From: an uncultured virus (IMG/VR IMGVR_UViG_3300028586_000757) | Lineage: Duplodnaviria > Heunggongvirae > Uroviricota > Caudoviricetes | DNA length: 41,144 nucleotides | Reading direction: 5' to 3' (one strand) | Virus record (IMG/VR): IMGVR_UViG_3300028586_000757 | Shown: positions 28,701 through 37,300 of the stretch, in pieces | Layout of the letters: each line of letters begins with the position of its first letter | Position numbering within the stretch: position 1 is the first letter of the stretch | Position numbers and translations under genes: made by a program | The notes under the pieces: generated by a model | Told to the model about the DNA's origin: nothing | What the model saw: only the letters and a program-made list of their open reading frames with translations | Database searches by the model: none

Positions 28701-30780
28701 TACCTGTGGCACCGTAGCGGCCCCTGTTTCTATTGCCGGCGGCGCCACCTGCTATATGACGGTCAAGTATGCGCCGACCGTGCGTGGTGACCTGGAAGCT
28801 GAACTGGCCGTCGCATCGGAGGCGTCTAATGGCATACAAAAGCTTATGCTGTCTGGCTATGCCGCTCAATCGGAAGGGCAGCTGACTGCTAACACTTCCA
28901 CAGACTTCGGCGAAGTTGCTGTGGGGACCACGTCCACCTTGAAGTTCACCCTTACCAACACTGGTGACTTCAACATGACTGACATCAGTGCGTCGGTGAC
29001 CGGTACGGGGATGAGCATCGTCAGTAATGGTTGCGGTGCGGTCGGCACGCTGGGCACCATGGGTCCGGGAAAGATTTGTTCGGTAACCGTTCAATTCGCA
29101 CCGAAAGTGGTAGGCGCTGCGCCGGGCAAGCTAGCCATTAGTTCGAGCGCAGCTAACGGCGTTTCCGAGTTGCAATTGTCTGCTACCGGTGCTGCGGTTA
29201 CCAGCAAGTACGCACTTCTCTTCAACGGTGCGAACGGCTCTACGACTATCTCGGATACCGGAACGGGTTCGGCATGGTATTCATATAACGGTGCGGCTCA
29301 GACCACGCAGTTCTATCGCGAGGGTGCGGCATCGTTGAGCCTCAATGGTATCAACCAAGCTGTGTTTGGTCCGTCCATCGATTTCACGGAAGACTTTGCT
29401 GTCAGCACATGGGTTCGTCCGTCGGCATTCCGGGACAACACCGTGATTGTCGGTAAGTGGGACCAACGAAGCGGACCATACAGTGCCGCCTGGCTCCTGT
29501 CTATGGACGCCTCAGGTGGCTTGTACTTCTCGTGGGCTCCGTACTCGACGATGGGCGCGATGATTGGGGTCCCGAGTGCTATCAAGCTCAATACGTGGAC
29601 ACAGGTCGGGATTACCCGGCAAGGCTCCAACTTCAGCCTGTACGTGAATGGTACAAAAGTCGCGACGGCCAATAATACAGGCAACGTGTCGAGTATGAAC
29701 GTTCCTGTGGCTCTCGGCAGCTACTACAACTTCAGCGGAGTGCTGGGCGCGGGTAGCTTCTTCCAAGGCCAAATTGACGACGTGCGTATCACGACGGGCA
29801 ATGGTGCTGCAAACTTCACTGTGCCAGCGCAGACGCTCACCGTTACCGATACCGATTTCGGAACGGTCAGCATGGGCAACCCTACCGTCCGCAATGTCTC
29901 GGTGCGTAACAACACAAGCTGGCCAATTACGCTTGATACCGTGACGTCTGCGGGAGACTACGTGGTGACGGATGCGTCCTCCTGCACCTCGAAGACCATC
30001 GCACCGGGCGGCCTCTGCACGGTCTCGGTGACGGTCACCCCGACCGCAGTGGGAGTGCGTCCGGGTACACTGACACTGGGCTATGACGCCAACGGCTCTC
30101 AAGCTGTAAGCTTGACTGCGAGCTCGCGTATTACCGACCCAAATATCAACAATGTCGTTCTGTTGATGCACATGGACGGTAATATGCTGGACTCCAGCCC
30201 GACGCCTAAGGCTATCTCGGCGGCCGGGTCGGTCTCCACTGCTAGCGCAGGCTACTTCGGTTCTGGCGCGCTGTCTGTCGCGGACACGAACTCCGGACTA
30301 GTCGCAGGGGGCCAAGGTGAATACGCCTTTGCACCCGGCGTGGACTTCACTATCGAGGCCTTTATCAAGCCCACGGCGACCGCATCCTATAAGCAGATTG
30401 TAGGTCAGTGGGGTAGCTGTCAAAACAGCTATCAGCTGTCGCTCTACAGTGGCATGCTGGGCTGGGAGCGCCCGGGATATGGGACCTTTACATCCAGTGA
30501 CGGGTCCGCTAGTGTTGCGCTCAATACCTGGCACCACGTGGCTGTCTCGCGTACTGGTTCAACTATCTCGCTCTACCTGGACGGTAAGCGCGTAGCCTCG
30601 GCAGCAGACTCTATCAACTACACCACCGGCGGCTGCGGCATGGGCGTTGGTAAGGTCGCCGACCAGAATGGTTACAGCTTCGGCAGCGGCTTCATCGATG
30701 AGGTTCGCATTACCCGGCACGTGGCTCGCTACTCGGGCGCCACCTACACCGTTCCGGCGCAGGCGTTCCCGAACCAGTAA
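25789..30780 (+). CDS. Giant secreted adhesin-like protein B, same architecture as A
   Basis: ATG at 25789, signal peptide, stalk highly similar to A, divergent LamG domains. Confidence 0.9.
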   Translation: MNRFKKLISTLLCWSIVLQPAIAVEQQYRIPLRSLSTGTGNHVDPSGGSSSPVGDGAGDVDVDAGASPPAISFKPESIRFDVTRDTDSVHSTLLMNDGESRAKLSKFTSNQNFKVSSSCPAILPAGDACTVVVTRAPYAESGAKFDMNVLAPGAAKPAVLHLSTYTPGEGATVLGVDQDIVDLGEVDPGVATSGSAVLTNLGTSTVNLRGIGSSGPFNITSDCPDNLAPGASCNIAAMFVSYEGGVQAYQMRLKGAADEEGVPLTFRAKVFVNPAIAPALAFGTEALAFEKVPVGQSSPKSTTLSNGGTAPAYLNLAKFASTPDFDIQHNCPDVLAAKSFCTFNVSFKVAQPGASASYILKAEAQNDMSAMLLLQGRGEPGIPGDMSSALTAEPSLLQFGDVLVGQRVQLTSKVTNISTAPVTVNSAEITADYGGFVQSNDCSAPLQPGAFCHVTITFNPTLTKSIGGGLQLGSTGGGVGIGFTGTGRAAVMQLSRDGLDYGLVTAAGPLSALGLSVTNTGNMALTGFSVINTDPRLTVDASRCDSSITPLASCELAVQYSPASDGPFKTSFQLKSDNGGIRTVEVSGTIVRLVVSPTSIDYQEQQAGSYSDRDITVVNEGQRDVALDGISLVTLTGGFSQSNNCGSVIKAGASCTIVARFGPGGESSYSATLVLSVANSAAGAVYLKGEGAPSKLEFSADYLRFPETNVGKTSPALSVIVTNPTDARISFTGVSVVTNPKEFGQSNNCDQGLDAGASCTITAQWTPANTMGEDGMIGIASSSGTYAIKMSGMVTEPVPVIESPAGGEQLPPPVITPDAVTHFSIKFLDTEVDAYSAVRNIKFSNKGTGPLTVQGVSIATGAGDFNQSNDCAEPIVPGGYCTISMVFRPSQSGTRTGSAVIVSDFGTYSFDLSGKGLGPLVQLYAESSSDYGQVLVGSTNLRKFIFQNTSATPANKVQATLTANAATLVENTCGTVAAPVSIAGGATCYMTVKYAPTVRGDLEAELAVASEASNGIQKLMLSGYAAQSEGQLTANTSTDFGEVAVGTTSTLKFTLTNTGDFNMTDISASVTGTGMSIVSNGCGAVGTLGTMGPGKICSVTVQFAPKVVGAAPGKLAISSSAANGVSELQLSATGAAVTSKYALLFNGANGSTTISDTGTGSAWYSYNGAAQTTQFYREGAASLSLNGINQAVFGPSIDFTEDFAVSTWVRPSAFRDNTVIVGKWDQRSGPYSAAWLLSMDASGGLYFSWAPYSTMGAMIGVPSAIKLNTWTQVGITRQGSNFSLYVNGTKVATANNTGNVSSMNVPVALGSYYNFSGVLGAGSFFQGQIDDVRITTGNGAANFTVPAQTLTVTDTDFGTVSMGNPTVRNVSVRNNTSWPITLDTVTSAGDYVVTDASSCTSKTIAPGGLCTVSVTVTPTAVGVRPGTLTLGYDANGSQAVSLTASSRITDPNINNVVLLMHMDGNMLDSSPTPKAISAAGSVSTASAGYFGSGALSVADTNSGLVAGGQGEYAFAPGVDFTIEAFIKPTATASYKQIVGQWGSCQNSYQLSLYSGMLGWERPGYGTFTSSDGSASVALNTWHHVAVSRTGSTISLYLDGKRVASAADSINYTTGGCGMGVGKVADQNGYSFGSGFIDEVRITRHVARYSGATYTVPAQAFPNQ

Positions 30781-30800
30781 CAGCCCCAGCAGTATCCTGA

Positions 30801-30829
30801 AAAGCCTCGCAACGCGGGGCTTTTCTTTT
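30801..30829 (+). terminator. Intrinsic terminator
   Basis: AAAGCCTCGC-AAC-GCGGGGCTTT then TCTTTT. Confidence 0.8.
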
Positions 30830-30906
30830 GCCAGGCACAGGCAGAGAGCATTGGACCCAAAGCGCAAAGTCTATACGTGATAGGTTAACTAAAATTAGGA
30901 CACATC

Positions 30907-31941
30907 ATGTACGACATCAAAAAAGCTTTTCAGTTCGACATCAACGCTGAAATCGCTGCCATGGTCGAGTTTCTCTCGACACGCTGGAAATCGGTTGAAA
31001 ACGTTGAAGCACTGCTGCGTGTCATCGCACCGCTGGCAGAGAAGAACTCCCAAAGTGCTATCCAGGACAGCGAGCTCTCGATATTTCTGATGGACCAGGA
31101 GCGCGCGCGCGAAAAGGCCCTGAAAGCGGTCGACGAATCCGGCGGCATGCTGCGGTTCTACGACCAAGCATGCCAACTGCTAGAAGGACTTGAAAGACAA
31201 GTAGGCAAGGTCTACCGGCATGGTAACGATAGGCTCTACGAGACCTATGAGCCGGCCATGAAGTTTATCAAGAAAGCGCTTGCTACGCCCGAGATGGCCC
31301 CGCTGAAGAAAGCCCAGCCGCTCCAGATGACCCAGATGATGCGGCACTATCATGAAAATGACGACGCTTGGGACGCTGCCCTGGAAAATGAATTTGATGA
31401 CCGTCAGCTGTTCAAGGGCGCGAACACCGCCACGGGCGGGCAGGGTGGATTTGTCAGTGCCGTTAGCCTCATTATGGTGGTTCAGGTGAAGGATACCCAT
31501 AACACGGCGCCTATCGACCAGCTCATCCGCGGCGCATATGACCATCTCGTCAATGTCTACCGGGCGGTCAACGGCCATGCCGTGTTGGGCGAACTGAAAA
31601 AGTTCTTCTCTCAACTGGACCCGAAGCAGCCGGTGTTTGTCCTGAACTTCACACCGGCGCACCGGCTGACCAAAGTGTTGTACTCGCTGGCGCAGGAGAA
31701 TCAACGTGGCATGGCCGAGGAGAACCCCGAAGAGGCGTATCGGGAAGCCGTCGCTGAACACAAAACGGCGACGCCACTCAGTGAAGAGGAGCTCAAGGTT
31801 CGCCGTGCGGGTGCCGCTGGCCTCATCAGCCAAATGTTGAAAAACGCGCTCAAGCCTGAAACCCCAAAACAGGCAAAAGAGCGAGAAATTCGAGATGCAC
31901 GTGACCGCCAAGCGGTGGATAACATCCTGAAATCGCTGTAA
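30907..31941 (+). CDS. Hypothetical alpha-helical protein (344 aa)
   Basis: CTATAC at 30871, TAGGAC RBS, terminator at ~31963-31991. Confidence 0.8.
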   Translation: MYDIKKAFQFDINAEIAAMVEFLSTRWKSVENVEALLRVIAPLAEKNSQSAIQDSELSIFLMDQERAREKALKAVDESGGMLRFYDQACQLLEGLERQVGKVYRHGNDRLYETYEPAMKFIKKALATPEMAPLKKAQPLQMTQMMRHYHENDDAWDAALENEFDDRQLFKGANTATGGQGGFVSAVSLIMVVQVKDTHNTAPIDQLIRGAYDHLVNVYRAVNGHAVLGELKKFFSQLDPKQPVFVLNFTPAHRLTKVLYSLAQENQRGMAEENPEEAYREAVAEHKTATPLSEEELKVRRAGAAGLISQMLKNALKPETPKQAKEREIRDARDRQAVDNILKSL

Positions 31942-32212
31942 ACACAGCGTTGTATCATTCAGCAGCCCACCTTCGTGTGGGCTGTTTTATTTCGTCTGCT
32001 ATGCATAATCAAGCGCACTGGGCTGCTTTATTGCATTTGATGTTCCTAATAAGCACCAGTACGTGATAAATATTGCGACCTATACATTTTAAACATTTGC
32101 CCCTACCACTCTAGCTGACTTTATAGCTTCGAGTAAATACATTCAGTCCTGCTCGTGCCACCTCGCTCGCCGACGCTACTTGGGGCTTGAAAACTACGGA
32201 TAGTGCAACTCA

Positions 32213-35200
32213 ATGAAAAAACTAAAACAACTTATTGTCCAAGCGCTCATCACAACGTTGGTCTTGCAGCCAATTTTGGCATGTGCTACGGAGTATCGAA
32301 TTCCGCTCAAAGTGCGAGCGACATCTGATACGACTAACCCGAGCAACGGCCCGGGTACCGGCAATGGTGACGTTGAAGTCGGGGATGGCCCAAATGCTCC
32401 TGCTCTGGTATTTGCTCCCGCCAAACTAACGTTTGACGTGAGCCGAGCTTCTGACACGCTGCGAACGAGTCTGCTGACTAACGAAGGAGGCGGACCGGCA
32501 GTCCTAAAGGGCTTTGTGTCAAATTCTTCATTCTCCATTCACCACGACTGCCCCATCTCTCTCGCACCAGGTGATTCGTGCTTAGTGTCCGCCACTCCGG
32601 CAGAGGGCTCAACTGCCGGCGCCAGCTACAGCATGATGGTCATGGCCCAAGGCACTGCGAAATCCAGTGTCTTGCAGCTGTCGACAGTGAAAAAAGTCAT
32701 CGGGGAGGGTATGCCCTCGCTCGTCCTGAGTCAGGATATGGTGAACCTGGGAGAGGTCGCGCCCGGTGTCGCAACCGCCGGCAGCGTTGTACTCTCTAAC
32801 GAGGGAAAAGGTGCTGCGAACCTGAGGGGGATTGGGTCCAACAGTGAGTTTACAATTACGTCCAACTGCCCTAATGACCTTGCACCTGGGGCTAGCTGCA
32901 CGATAGCCGCAACGTTTGTCAGCACGATTAACAATACACGTAGCATTAGGTTGCTACTTCGCACTGCTACCGAAGATGACGGAGTTCCTCTGACTTTCTA
33001 TGCGAAGGTCATCGGTGGAATTACGCCAGCACCGGACTTGGCATTTAGCGCGGATGCACTCCCATTCGGTACGGTTGACGTCGGAGCTTCGGTAACAAAG
33101 CAGGCCATCCTGTTCAACCGGGGTACTGCTGCGGCTGAGCTAGCACCGTTTTCTTCCACAGAGGACTTTTCTGTGAGCAGCAACTGCCCAAGCAGCCTTG
33201 CTGCGGCCAGTCAATGTGACATTTCTGTAGCCTTTACAGGGCGCGTTTCAGGCACCCACCCGTCGCACGTTCTGGCAGGTGCTGTAAAAGGCGCTCCTGT
33301 CGAGAACGCTACCAAACTATACCTTGGCGGTGCTGTGAAGGGCTCACCAGTTGAGCAGCACGGCCCTCAACTGACATTTGTGCCAGATACTGCCGAGTTC
33401 GGTACGCTACCCGTTGGCCAGGCCACCTCAAAACAAGTGGTGCTCTCTAACACTGGGGATGAAGTGGCAATCATTCAGCACATTGACGGTGACTCCGCCG
33501 CCGGCGAATTTTCCCAGAAAAACGACTGCCCCAGTACGCTTGTACCGGGGGCATTCTGCACCTTGACCGTAACACACCTACCGGCTGCACAAGACCTGCG
33601 GATTGGCCGCATTACGGTCTATACCGGAAATGAACAAAAATCTATTCTAAGCGCATGGAGCTTTGGCGTCCAAGCGACTCTCGGCGTGTCGCCGGCAGCT
33701 GTTGAATACGCTGGCGTTGCACTGACAAACAAGTTGCCTGCTAAGCCCGTGGCGGTTGGTAATGGCGGAAATATCCCACTCACGGGAATTACTGTCACGA
33801 ATAAGGACCCCCGCTTGGTTATCGATATGGGAAGCTGCAAAGAATCCTTGGCGCCTAAACATAACTGTACTGTGCTGGTAAGTTACAGCCCCGCTAGTGA
33901 TGGCCCTTTCAGTACCAGCTTCCAAGTCCATTCCGCAAACGGGGGGTCGGTAACCGTTCCTGTTACAGGGACGGCTTTCCGACTGTCTACCAACCCCGCA
34001 ACACTGTCGTTCCCTACTACGATTGTTGGAACTGCTGCGGCTGACCAGTATGCAACCCTGACGAACGAAGGACAGATGGCCGTCAAATTGGACGGTATCC
34101 AGATGGGGTACGGGGTCGAAAGTTTTAATCAATCCAATAACTGCGGAACTGTCCTCGCAGCCGGAGCATCCTGCACTATCACTGCGCGCTTTATCCCTAA
34201 TGAGGCCAAGCCTCGCGGTGGAACCATCATCGTCTCCGTAGGCCAGTCCCTTGCCGCATATGTGGCACTGGATGGCGTGGGCACTCAGCCGAGGCTGACG
34301 TTGTCGAGCAGCTCGCTCGGATTCCCTTCCATCAATGCGGGGCGCACGTCAGAGCCGCTTAGCGTGATTGTATCCAACGACACTGCGTACCACGCAACTG
34401 TCACAGGCATTAGCGTGGTCGAAAACCCTGCGGAATTCGCGCAGTCGAACAACTGCGATACAGCACTGCCGCCTGGCTCCAGCTGCACTATCAACGTGCA
34501 GTGGTCGCCGAAGTCGAAGACCCTTAGCACGGGTTCGGTAGTTATCGAGAACTCAATGGGCACCGATGTCATCGCCTTGGGCGGGCTGCCGACGCAGCCT
34601 ATCGGGGGTATCGAGGCTCCAGGTGTCCCAGGGGGAGGCAGTGCGCCTGGAGGAGGTGGGGGTCCTGATGAGCCGTATGTCATTACGTTCCCAGATACCC
34701 AAGTAAGCGTATCCAGCGGAGTACGCAACATTACGTTCTCGAACTCTGGCAATGGGCCTCTGGCAGTCAAGGGTATCTCGGTCGTATCGGGAATGACCGA
34801 CTTTGCTCAGTCCAATAACTGCGGCACAGCCATCCCCGCAGGGTCCTCATGCGTCATTTCGATGAAATTCACGCCGGCGGCTGCCGGCAAACGTACTGGG
34901 GTCATCTTCATTTCCAGCGAGACGGGAGACTATCAGTTCAACCTCTCGGGCAACGGCATCGGCTCGGTTGTACAGCTTTACGCAGAGTCGTCGACAGACT
35001 TCGGTGAAGTTCTTGTGGGAAGCACCGCCCAGCGTACATTCACGTTCCGAAACAATGGTACGGTTCCCGCACAGAATGTGAAAGCATCGGTTGACGGTAC
35101 GGGTGTATCACTGGTCTCCAACACATGCGGTTCGGATGACGCTTTGAAAGTCATTCAACCGGATAACAGCTGCTCTATGGTGGTCGAGTTCGCACCGAAG

Positions 35201-37195
35201 GCTGCTGGAAACCTTGATGCACTACTTGCCGTCGACTCGAATGCCGCGAATGGAACTCAGCGACTGAGCCTGTCCGGTAAGGCCATTCACGCTGTTGGCC
35301 GACTCTCTGCTGACTCGGGCACTAGCTTCGGCATCGTCTCGACCGGCTCCACTAGTTCGCTCACGTTCACCTTCCTCAATAAAGGCGATGCTCCGGCCAC
35401 CGGGATGTACGCAAAGATTGATGGTACGGACATGCGCTTCAGCGCCAATAGCTGCGGTGCAGAAGATTCACGAGTCTCGCTAGGCGTGGACAAAGTATGC
35501 ACAATGACCGTGAACTTTGCTCCAACAGCACAGGGGCAAATGACAGGTACCCTCACCGTGTACTCGAGCGCGACCAATGGGCCTCAGTCGGTTGAACTGT
35601 CTGGTGGTGCAAAGTTCTCTACCAATGGCTATGCCCTGCAGTTCAACGGTTCTGACGGCGCCACGAATCTGGTCGATGTGGGAACTGGCTCGAAATGGAC
35701 GTCATTCAACGGCGCGTCCATTACCACCAGCATCTACAAGGAGGGCTCCGGCTCCCTCAACTTCAATGGTGTGAACCAAGCCGTGTCTGGCCCGACCATT
35801 GCCTACACGGGAGACTTTGTCTTCAGTACGTGGATTCGCCAGACTGCTCGCCCAGGAAACGCTGCAACTATTGTCGCGCAGTGGGACCAATCCTCCGGTC
35901 GCAGCACCGGAGGATGGGCGCTAAGCTCCGACGCAGCCGGCCGATTGTTAGTCAGTTGGGCCCCTGTTAACATGAACTCGGCATTTATGTCGTCAACGGC
36001 TGCTCTACCGCTAAACAAGTGGACGCATGTCGCGCTTGTTCACGCAGGCACTTCGTTCACGGTGTACATGGACGGCGCGGTAGTAGCTTCAGGCACTGGG
36101 CAGGGCCAGCTGGAAGCGCTGAATGTCCCAACGTCCCTGGGCAGTTACTTCAACTTTAGCCGTGTAATGGGCGCTGGTGAGTTCTTCAAAGGTCAGATGG
36201 ACGATGTTCGGATTGTCACGGGAAGTTCGACGTTTGACTTTAACAGCCTTCGTTCGACACTTTCGGCACCTAGCACCGACTTCGGCAGCGTAGGGGTCTC
36301 CGAGCGCGTCACAAAGCAAGTCGTTGTTACCAATAGTGGCGCAAGGCCGGCAACGGTTGCCACGGCAACAGCCTCGGGAGAATTCTCGGTCACCGATGTG
36401 GCGGCCTGCACGGCAAAAACCTTGGCTCCAGGTGCAAGCTGCAGCGTAACTGTCGCGTTCCAGCCAAGTGGTAACGGCGTGCGAACGGGGTCTATGACGA
36501 TTTCGTCTGACTCGGTCAACCCGGACCTGACCGTTTCGTTGACCGGCACGGGGACAGGGCTGACTGCGCTGAAACTCCTGGGCGAAGCCAGTGACATTGT
36601 TGACAGCGCGGGAGCCACTCTTACAAAGGGGGGCGCGATAGCCCTCACATCGAACAACCCTGTCGACGGAACCGGTTCGCTGCTATTCCCAGCCATCGGC
36701 GCGTATCTTGTAACTCCGGCGTCTACCAAGTACACCTTGGCCGCGAATGACTTTACGATTGAGGCGTGGGTTCGCCCGACCGCTAGCGGCAAGGCGGCTG
36801 TAATGTCCAACTTCCCAGATGGGACTTGGCTGCCTAATTCATGGGCAGTCACGACTTCGCATCCCAACGTGGGGAATAAGGCCGCGCTTTTCAGTAACAA
36901 CTACGACTACAACTACCCGGTTATCGCGTCTAAATCAGATATTCCACTCAATAAGTGGACCCATATTGCGATTACCCGGACTGGAGCAACCTTCCAACTG
37001 TATGTGAACGGAGCGCTGGAGTCGACTGCCACCTTTGCAGGAGCAGTTGACGCAGGTGCGACAATCGCACGGCAGCTTGGTATCGCTCGAATGGACGCAG
37101 GGTGGGGCTTCGTAGGACAAATGGACGACGTACGAGTGGTCAAAGGGCAGAACATATACTCGGGCACATTCACTCCGCCTGTTAACATGCAATGA
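32213..37195 (+). CDS. Giant secreted adhesin-like protein C, same 11-module + 2 LamG architecture, more divergent
   Basis: Signal peptide, EYRIPLK, 11 Cys-paired modules, two LamG domains. Confidence 0.9.
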   Translation: MKKLKQLIVQALITTLVLQPILACATEYRIPLKVRATSDTTNPSNGPGTGNGDVEVGDGPNAPALVFAPAKLTFDVSRASDTLRTSLLTNEGGGPAVLKGFVSNSSFSIHHDCPISLAPGDSCLVSATPAEGSTAGASYSMMVMAQGTAKSSVLQLSTVKKVIGEGMPSLVLSQDMVNLGEVAPGVATAGSVVLSNEGKGAANLRGIGSNSEFTITSNCPNDLAPGASCTIAATFVSTINNTRSIRLLLRTATEDDGVPLTFYAKVIGGITPAPDLAFSADALPFGTVDVGASVTKQAILFNRGTAAAELAPFSSTEDFSVSSNCPSSLAAASQCDISVAFTGRVSGTHPSHVLAGAVKGAPVENATKLYLGGAVKGSPVEQHGPQLTFVPDTAEFGTLPVGQATSKQVVLSNTGDEVAIIQHIDGDSAAGEFSQKNDCPSTLVPGAFCTLTVTHLPAAQDLRIGRITVYTGNEQKSILSAWSFGVQATLGVSPAAVEYAGVALTNKLPAKPVAVGNGGNIPLTGITVTNKDPRLVIDMGSCKESLAPKHNCTVLVSYSPASDGPFSTSFQVHSANGGSVTVPVTGTAFRLSTNPATLSFPTTIVGTAAADQYATLTNEGQMAVKLDGIQMGYGVESFNQSNNCGTVLAAGASCTITARFIPNEAKPRGGTIIVSVGQSLAAYVALDGVGTQPRLTLSSSSLGFPSINAGRTSEPLSVIVSNDTAYHATVTGISVVENPAEFAQSNNCDTALPPGSSCTINVQWSPKSKTLSTGSVVIENSMGTDVIALGGLPTQPIGGIEAPGVPGGGSAPGGGGGPDEPYVITFPDTQVSVSSGVRNITFSNSGNGPLAVKGISVVSGMTDFAQSNNCGTAIPAGSSCVISMKFTPAAAGKRTGVIFISSETGDYQFNLSGNGIGSVVQLYAESSTDFGEVLVGSTAQRTFTFRNNGTVPAQNVKASVDGTGVSLVSNTCGSDDALKVIQPDNSCSMVVEFAPKAAGNLDALLAVDSNAANGTQRLSLSGKAIHAVGRLSADSGTSFGIVSTGSTSSLTFTFLNKGDAPATGMYAKIDGTDMRFSANSCGAEDSRVSLGVDKVCTMTVNFAPTAQGQMTGTLTVYSSATNGPQSVELSGGAKFSTNGYALQFNGSDGATNLVDVGTGSKWTSFNGASITTSIYKEGSGSLNFNGVNQAVSGPTIAYTGDFVFSTWIRQTARPGNAATIVAQWDQSSGRSTGGWALSSDAAGRLLVSWAPVNMNSAFMSSTAALPLNKWTHVALVHAGTSFTVYMDGAVVASGTGQGQLEALNVPTSLGSYFNFSRVMGAGEFFKGQMDDVRIVTGSSTFDFNSLRSTLSAPSTDFGSVGVSERVTKQVVVTNSGARPATVATATASGEFSVTDVAACTAKTLAPGASCSVTVAFQPSGNGVRTGSMTISSDSVNPDLTVSLTGTGTGLTALKLLGEASDIVDSAGATLTKGGAIALTSNNPVDGTGSLLFPAIGAYLVTPASTKYTLAANDFTIEAWVRPTASGKAAVMSNFPDGTWLPNSWAVTTSHPNVGNKAALFSNNYDYNYPVIASKSDIPLNKWTHIAITRTGATFQLYVNGALESTATFAGAVDAGATIARQLGIARMDAGWGFVGQMDDVRVVKGQNIYSGTFTPPVNMQ

Positions 37196-37211
37196 CGTAA
37201 GGTCATTCGGG

Positions 37212-37237
37212 AGCCCGGTTTCGCACCGGGCTTTTTT
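37212..37237 (+). terminator. Intrinsic terminator
   Basis: AGCCCGGT-TTCGC-ACCGGGCT then T-run. Confidence 0.8.
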
Positions 37238-37300
37238 AACAAATACGGGGTGGTGTTTGTTCGCTATAGTTGGAGCAGACACTCACAAAAAGGACAATAT

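Larger units (their letters stand above)
20367..30829 (+). repeat. Diverged tandem duplication of ~5.2 kb (terminator + leader + adhesin gene): ~20367-25579 and ~25580-30829
   Basis: Colinear terminator, leader and coding sequence at an offset of ~5.2 kb. Confidence 0.9.

Noticed and set aside
18845..29094. Long antisense ORFs (18845-20215, 27565-29094 and similar)
   Set aside because: Shadow frames of well-supported plus-strand genes with no recognisable motifs.
24900..37195. Diversity-generating retroelement acting on the variable C-termini
   Set aside because: No reverse transcriptase in the window and no template/variable repeat pair with adenine-specific mismatches; whole domains differ.
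20571..37195. Phage tail fibres or autotransporter/RTX adhesins
   Set aside because: Sec signal peptides and paired cysteines indicate periplasmic transit; no beta-barrel, RTX repeats or neighbouring virion genes.
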